This document shows positions 58,017 to 64,000 of a stretch of 64,000 nt of DNA, piece after piece. Position numbers and translations under genes: made by a program. Origin of the DNA: Felis catus. Its lineage: Eukaryota. The stretch is taken from positions 19,158,001 to 19,222,000 of the forward strand of contig NC_058377.1 of assembly GCF_018350175.1 (NCBI RefSeq), given 5' to 3'. Each line of letters begins with the position of its first letter. Position 1 is the first letter of the stretch. The notes under the pieces are model-generated. The model was not told the DNA's origin and made no database searches. It saw nothing but the letters and a program-made list of their open reading frames with translations.

Positions 58017-58630
58017 AGAAAAGCTTGGTGTTTCTTCAAATGTTCAACACACCCCTCCCACACGACACAGCAGTTTTACTCCTAGATATTTTCCCAAGAC
58101 GAATGCCAGTACACGTCTACACAAAGTCTTGCACACAAGTGTTCACAGCAGCTTTATTTGTAATAGCCAAAACCTGGAAACAAACCAAATGTTCACCAAC
58201 AGATGAACGGATACACAAATTACGGCGCCTCCGTACATGAGATTCTATTCAGCAACAAAAAGAAATGAACTATTGACTCATGGAACAGCATAGACTTTTT
58301 CAGAATAATTATGCCAGTGAAAGGAGCCACACTGAAAAAAAAAAAAAAAGCATACTCTGTGACTCCATCTATATAAAATTCTAAAAATAGTAACCTAATT
58401 GGCAGCAGAGATCATGTCATCGGTCACCCAAGGATGAGTGCAAGAGTTGAAAGGTTTGGGAGGAGACAGCTGACCATGGGTCAAGAAGAAACCTTTAGGG
58501 ATGATAGATCTATTCATTATCTTGATTTTGGTGATGTTTATACATCTGTCAAAACTTATCAAGTTGTATACTCTTACTATGTGCAGTTTACTGTTTGTTA
58601 ATTATACTTCATTAAGTTGTTAAAAATAAT
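58017..58630 (+). mobile_element. Old L1 (L1ME1-like) 3' half, continuation of 47745-50139
   Basis: Resumes at GAAAA..G.TTGG..GTTTCTT.AAA.GTT.AACA, where the 5' half stopped; ends GTCAAAACTTATCAAGTTGTA...TATGTGCAGTTTA. Confidence 0.85.
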
Positions 58631-58645
58631 TAGAAGAAGACAAAA

Positions 58646-58779
58646 NNNNNNNNNNNNNNNNNNNNNNNNNNNNNNNNNNNNNNNNNNNNNNNNNNNNNNN
58701 NNNNNNNNNNNNNNNNNNNNNNNNNNNNNNNNNNNNNNNNNNNNNNNNNNNNNNNNNNNNNNNNNNNNNNNNNNNNNNN
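58646..58779. other. Assembly gap (134 N)
   Basis: N run. Confidence 0.99.
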
Positions 58780-58836
58780 ATGCAACCATGCACCTACAAA
58801 ATTACAAAAAAAAAAAAAAAAGAAAAGAAAAAGAAA

Positions 58837-58876
<40 letters not shown>

Positions 58877-59560
58877 AAATACAAGGCAAAGGGCTGGCAA
58901 GCATACAGAGCAACCGTAATTTTCATACGTTGTTGGTCTAAATGCAAAAATGGCACAGGCACTTGGGAAACGAGTTTGGCACTTTCTTATAAAGTTAAGC
59001 CTATATTTATCACACAGCTCATGTTGTTTCACTCCTAAATATTTACCTCAAAGAAATGGAAGCATAAGAGCACACGGAGGTCAGTAGGTTGTTTATAGCA
59101 AACTGAAATCTGGAAACATCCCAAATGTCTGTCAGCTGGTGAATGGCTGAACAACCGTGGTGCGTCCATACAATGCGCTCCTCAACCATAAAAACAAACA
59201 AACTGCTCATAAATGCAACAATATGGATGCGTCTCAAAAGCATTAGGTTAAAAGAAAGAAGCAAGATGCAAAAAAAAAAAAAAAAAAGAGCTATAGGCTG
59301 TGCAATTCCGTTTATTCTCGAAAATACAAAACCATGGATAAAAAGATCAGGTCGGTAGCTGTCAGGGGTAGGAATGTTAAGGACATTGACTATAGAGTGG
59401 CACAAGGGGACTTTCTGTGGAGATGACAATATCTTATATGTTGAATGTGCTCATAATTAGAGAACTGTAAACATTTGTCAAAATTCTCTGAGCACGACAC
59501 CCAAAAAATCTGAATTTTGCTCTATGAAAATTATGCTTCCATAAACCTCTTTTTTTAAAA
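58780..59560 (+). mobile_element. Old L1ME-type 3' fragment containing a poly-A/(GAAA)n tract
   Basis: AATGCAAAA.TGGCACAG.CACTT.GGAAA..AGTTTGGCA.TTTCTTATAAAGTTAA; (GAAA)n at 58821-58879. Confidence 0.8.
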
Positions 59561-59664
59561 AAATCCATCAGTTATTCTTGAGTTTTAAAAGCTCAATAAA
59601 ATAGGGCTAGATACTTTCCCGATAGAGTTAAATATTTCTGAGCCCCCAAATGAGCATCACTTTT

Positions 59665-60955
59665 AATTGAAAAACCACAGAGGAATTCCAACTAGAAGCA
59701 CAAAGCAGGTGACCGCAGTCATCACAATGTTCTTTAACATTGCACTGAAGTCTCTAGCGAACAGTGTTGGACTAGAGAAGAAAGATAGGCGCAAAATCGG
59801 AAACAAGGAATGAATCACAACCTTTGAAAGTGTTTGGGGGTAATCTGGAAAAGCCAAGAAAATAAACCGAGTGAAAGCAGAGACTCAAAAAACCCAGTCA
59901 GGGCGGCTATACAGTTAATACAAATAAATCGACGATTTTCGTATATCTAAATAGTAACGAGGGGGCAGATATGAAAGAAGAAAAAAGTCCCATCTACAAC
60001 AGCAACACAAAAGGACAAGGGGAAAATTCCCATGAGAAGTCCAAGCCATACTAAGAAAACGCGGCAAAATTAACTAAAGATAGCAAAGTTTAACAAATGG
60101 AAAGATATGCAGATTTTAGTTTGGGAGAACCAACATCATAAAGATGTCATTTTTATCTAACCTAATTTTAAAAATTGATGTGATCTCCATAACGTTACCA
60201 ACGTTTAAAAAAAAATACCATACCTCGAGCAAGGATAAATTCCAAATGGATCAAGATTTAAATATAAAACATGAAATCATAAAAATACTGGAAGAAACCA
60301 TGGAAGGATTCCATTATAGGCTTGGATAGAGAAAAGCTTATCTAAATATAAATCAAAACTCCAAATTAAAAAAAAATTGTTATATTTGACTACATAAAAT
60401 TACAAGAAAATTTCGGCATGAAGATGTACCACTTAAAAAGGAAAATATAAATGTTAAACTGCGTTAAAATACTTGTAACTAGTATCGAGAAAAGGAGCTT
60501 CTCTCCCTAATATATAAAGAGCTCCTAAATTTTGATAAAATCCAGTGGGGAAATGGGCAAAGAATATAAAAGGAAATACAAAGTATTTTTAAAGATATGA
60601 AACTACTCATAAGTAAAATGCAATGTAAAAACTACCCTGAGATACTATTTTTTTCACCTATCAGATTGTCAAAAAATCTAAAAGGGTGATACAATCTGTT
60701 GGGGAGGCTGTAAGAAAAGATTTACTCTCATCCATTGCAGATGGGAATGTAAATTGTTACAACCCCTAGGGAGGGCAATTTGGTAATATCTATTAAAATT
60801 ACAAATGCATATACTCTTTGACCCAGCTATTCCACTTCTGGGAATGTATCCTAGAGTTATACTGGGTCACATGCAAAATGATCTACATGAATATCTATTG
60901 CAGCATTGTTAGCAATAGCAAAAGGTTGGAAGCGACCCAAATCTTCCATCAATCT
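59665..60955 (+). mobile_element. Highly degenerate L1 ORF2/3' relic
   Basis: TAAATTCCAAATGGATCAAGATTTAAATATAAAA; GATGGGAATGTAAATTG; TTTGACCCAGC.ATTCCACTTCTGGGAAT. Confidence 0.8.
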
Positions 60956-62190
60956 GAGACCGATTTTTCTTTTAGCTTGCTTTTACAGCTTCAAAGTGGG
61001 GGGGGGGGGGGGGGCGGGGAATGAGCCCCTGTTCCTAAGCTGCATTCCTTCTTGCCCTGGACTGCCCTCAGTTCTCCTAGTCCTTCCAAGATAGGGGAGC
61101 TGTCCCAAGGGGAGATGGCCTCAGGCCCCTTGAGCACATCAGCGTCATGAGAGGGATGAAAAGGAGAGGGAGAAATGCAGAACTCTATCCTCTATGAATT
61201 ACCAGATTGGAATTTGGCTTTGCTGGGGCCAGTGCAGAGGAAGAAAACAGGTAGCCTGCGAACGTTCTCTGGATGTTCCGAGTATCTCTGTGCCACTGAT
61301 ACTGTTTGTTTGTTTGTTTGTTTTTTTTCAAGTCTCGCTTAACTTTTACTTAGGGCAAGATCTGACTAACGTTGCTTAAGATTTACCCTTGCCGCTTCAG
61401 TACAGTGGTCCGTTTTTCTAAAAATTCCACAACCGGGAAGAAACGCATGATGGTATTTTTTGCCCAGATACTAATGTTTATGGATACTTCGTGGAACCAT
61501 AATCAGGGCAAAAATATTCACCACCGACAGCTTTCTAACCTCAGACAAAATATCTAGAAGATATAAATAGAGTCCTGAGTGAGGTTGCACAAACCGAGAC
61601 TATAAAATGATGGGAAATACTAGTTCGATGTTCTTCGTGTCTGCATTTACATCCACTTCTTTGTGGGAACCACGTGATTTTGGGAAAAGCTGTTGTTGCC
61701 ATCCGCTTCTTTGCCATTCAGAGAAAAGCAGTTGAACCTCATCAGCGTGTAGACAGCAAGAATTCTGCTGGATGGCCCTAGTTTAAACAGAAACCACGTT
61801 GTGTAAAAAGGCTCACTCTAAGTGGGTCAATCTGTGTAAGTTGCACCACTTGAAACACCGAAGACACACTTTTGTGTATCTAGTGTTTGGGGACTTTTTG
61901 GGAACACACTATATTTATACTCTATTAAACTAGGTCAGCTCCTTTGTTGGGACAATCCCACAGGGAGCTATGCATTTCACCTAAAGATAGCAAGAAGAGT
62001 TCTAGCATTTTCCTGGTCTGTCTCTCCCAACTCATTCTGCTGAAGTCTAATCTAGTAATGTCCTACGTCTCGGTAAATAAACAGTGACTCATTCATTTAA
62101 AAATATTTCTTTGGTGTCTAGGGTGAATTCTTCATTGTGCCAGGTGTTATAGGAAATATGAATTCCAGCTGTCAATAAAACTGCTCTCCA

Positions 62191-62396
62191 NNNNNNNNNN
62201 NNNNNNNNNNNNNNNNNNNNNNNNNNNNNNNNNNNNNNNNNNNNNNNNNNNNNNNNNNNNNNNNNNNNNNNNNNNNNNNNNNNNNNNNNNNNNNNNNNNN
62301 NNNNNNNNNNNNNNNNNNNNNNNNNNNNNNNNNNNNNNNNNNNNNNNNNNNNNNNNNNNNNNNNNNNNNNNNNNNNNNNNNNNNNNNNNNNNNNNN
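62191..62396. other. Assembly gap (206 N)
   Basis: N run. Confidence 0.99.
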
Positions 62397-62501
62397 AGTT
62401 AGATAAAGCTATTGAATCTAAGGTACCAGAAAGTTACTTAAGACAAAGTGTCCTCCAGGTAGCTAGAAACTAAGACTTTAACTGGAGAGAGCTCGGGGCA
62501 C

Positions 62502-62529
62502 GATAGATAGATAGATAGATAGATAGATA
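62502..62529. repeat. (GATA)7 tetranucleotide microsatellite
   Basis: Direct reading. Confidence 0.95.
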
Positions 62530-63589
62530 TAAAAACTAGTATGTATACATATATATTAGTTTTTGGTGGTAGCAAATGAAACTCTTGAAAGAGAAAAGAG
62601 AGACCTTGACTTACACATAGTTTTTCCCAATGAAAAACTATGGAAATACGTGCCAATCGCAAGAACAACATCAAAACTATGGAGATTAACTCGACTTTGC
62701 ACGCCATTGGACGCAGATTTAGGGAGTCACAGACTACTCACTGTTTCTTGGGGCATCCAGTCCCACACGCTTCGAGAATAACATTGAACGGCAATTTTGT
62801 ATTTTAATTCCGGCACCAATAACCAAATGTGCATCAGATTCAGATGAAATGTCTAAAAATCTGGTTATGTGAAGAATGCCAATTCAGATGGGTTGTCCAC
62901 CTTAGAAAAGAGAAGGCTTAGAACCAATGATACCTATCTTTAAATAATTGTGGTGGGTGTTGGGTCAGTATTTTGTATTGTTATTCCAGAGACCAGAAAT
63001 AGTAATTTTTATTGTTATTCCAGAGACCGCAAGTGAAAGTTCCAAGGAGGCAATTTTTAGCTTATAATGTGGAATGACTTGCTAACAATTACAGCTGTCC
63101 AAGAAAAGTCTAGGGTTTTTGTGTATTTGTGCACAACCTAAACAACAGTTGAATGGCACTTGATTAGAGATGTTGCAGATGAAATGCTTCTCAAACTTGA
63201 AGGTGCATTTGAGTCACCCGGAGTCTTTAACATGCTGTGGATCAGCAAATACACTTTGAGTCTCAAGGACACAGAGAATTTTCTTTCAGTGTGTCATTTG
63301 GGAGTAGAGAAAATTTAAATTCCTCCCATCTTGAGAAGACTATTAATCTATCGTTTGTTTTAGTCCAATGCAAGGTATTTGTTAGATGTTATTGGGCTTA
63401 ATAAAAGTCAGGGTTCCTGAGCTAATATGGTAAATTCTAGAAACAGGAAAATGCATATCCCATGTGGAGTATATTAATTTGATCACACAAAAAAATGTTT
63501 CTGGTAGACGTGTTGTAGGAACATGCTTAGAGGTAGGCCAAGTTTCCACTGTGAATATCAAGAACTTTCTGCACCTCAGGGATAATGGT

Positions 63590-64000
63590 ATATCAGCTCA
63601 GATTTGTATCCACCTGTAAACAACATACCCCCAGGGTAGTGGGTTAATGTACAAATGTTTACTTTTTTAATAAATATAAAAGTACAGATTTAGGCAGCCC
63701 AGGGCTGGTTGATCTGACAGCCCTCTGAAGTCATTCGAGACTGTCTCCTATCTTTCTGTTCAGCCATCTTCAGAGCTGACCTCTACCCTCAAGGTTATCT
63801 TAAGATTCAAGACATTTGCTGGAGCTCTGGCACTGTGGTCACATTCCAGCCCTGGGAAAGAGGAAAGGAGGCTGAAGAAAACACTCTTTTTGAAGCAAAC
63901 AGCTCAAAAAAATCCATGCAAATGATGCTATGTCTCATTGGAAAGCACTTGATCACATGACTGAAAGTAACTGCCAGGGGGGTTGGGAAAGGTGGGTTTC
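63590..64000 (-). mobile_element. Old MaLR LTR (MLT1J-like), runs off the window
   Basis: TAGGCAGCCCAGGGCTGGT; GTCTCATTGG..AG.ACTTG.TCACATG; GGTTGGGAAA. Confidence 0.7.

Noticed and set aside
13004-58962. ORFs containing long X runs
   Set aside because: They are open only because they cross N-gaps.
47745-60955. L1 ORF1/ORF2 as functional CDS
   Set aside because: Riddled with stops, frameshifts and insertions; no long ORF appears in the track.
61449-61522. Imperfect ~73-nt hairpin (TTTTTGCCCAGAT / ATCAGGGCAAAAA)
   Set aside because: Only about 15 of 21 positions pair and the loop is large; insufficient for a pre-miRNA or MITE call.
62967-63034. Direct repeat TATTGTTATTCCAGAGACC at 34-bp spacing
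   Set aside because: Two copies only; an ordinary local tandem duplication, not an array or CRISPR-like structure.

Overview
Mammalian non-coding genomic DNA from a felid (cat family), identified by about 28 tRNA-derived Can-SINEs of the feline SINEC_Fc type and carnivore L1 3' ends. Nine short N-gaps (128-260 bp) indicate a short-read scaffold. I cannot support any protein-coding exon, RNA gene or prokaryotic-type system. The listed ORFs are chance frames, frames through N-runs, or read-throughs of repeats. The window is intergenic or intronic and repeat-rich: young SINEs with clear TSDs, MIR, L2 and CR1 relics, MaLR and ERVL LTRs, hAT and mariner MITEs, and a 13 kb same-strand L1 stack (47.7-61 kb) holding a near full-length ancient L1MB-type element nested in an older L1. 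The most unusual signal is a pair of inverted MIR-derived arms (19094-19319 and 21464-21690). They are about 90% identical and share non-consensus sequence, which implies inverted duplication or ongoing gene conversion around a 2.1 kb invertible segment, and they lie next to a CpG-enriched L1 that looks like a GC-biased conversion tract. Other points of interest: a dense PU.1/NF-kB/RUNX/ETS motif cluster in a repeat-poor block with several gaps, a snap-back palindrome at a SINE 5' junction, a probable short L1 3' transduction, and a small CpG-rich patch with minus-strand splice donors. Repeat subfamily names come from remembered consensus features and need RepeatMasker/Dfam confirmation. All counts were made by hand.
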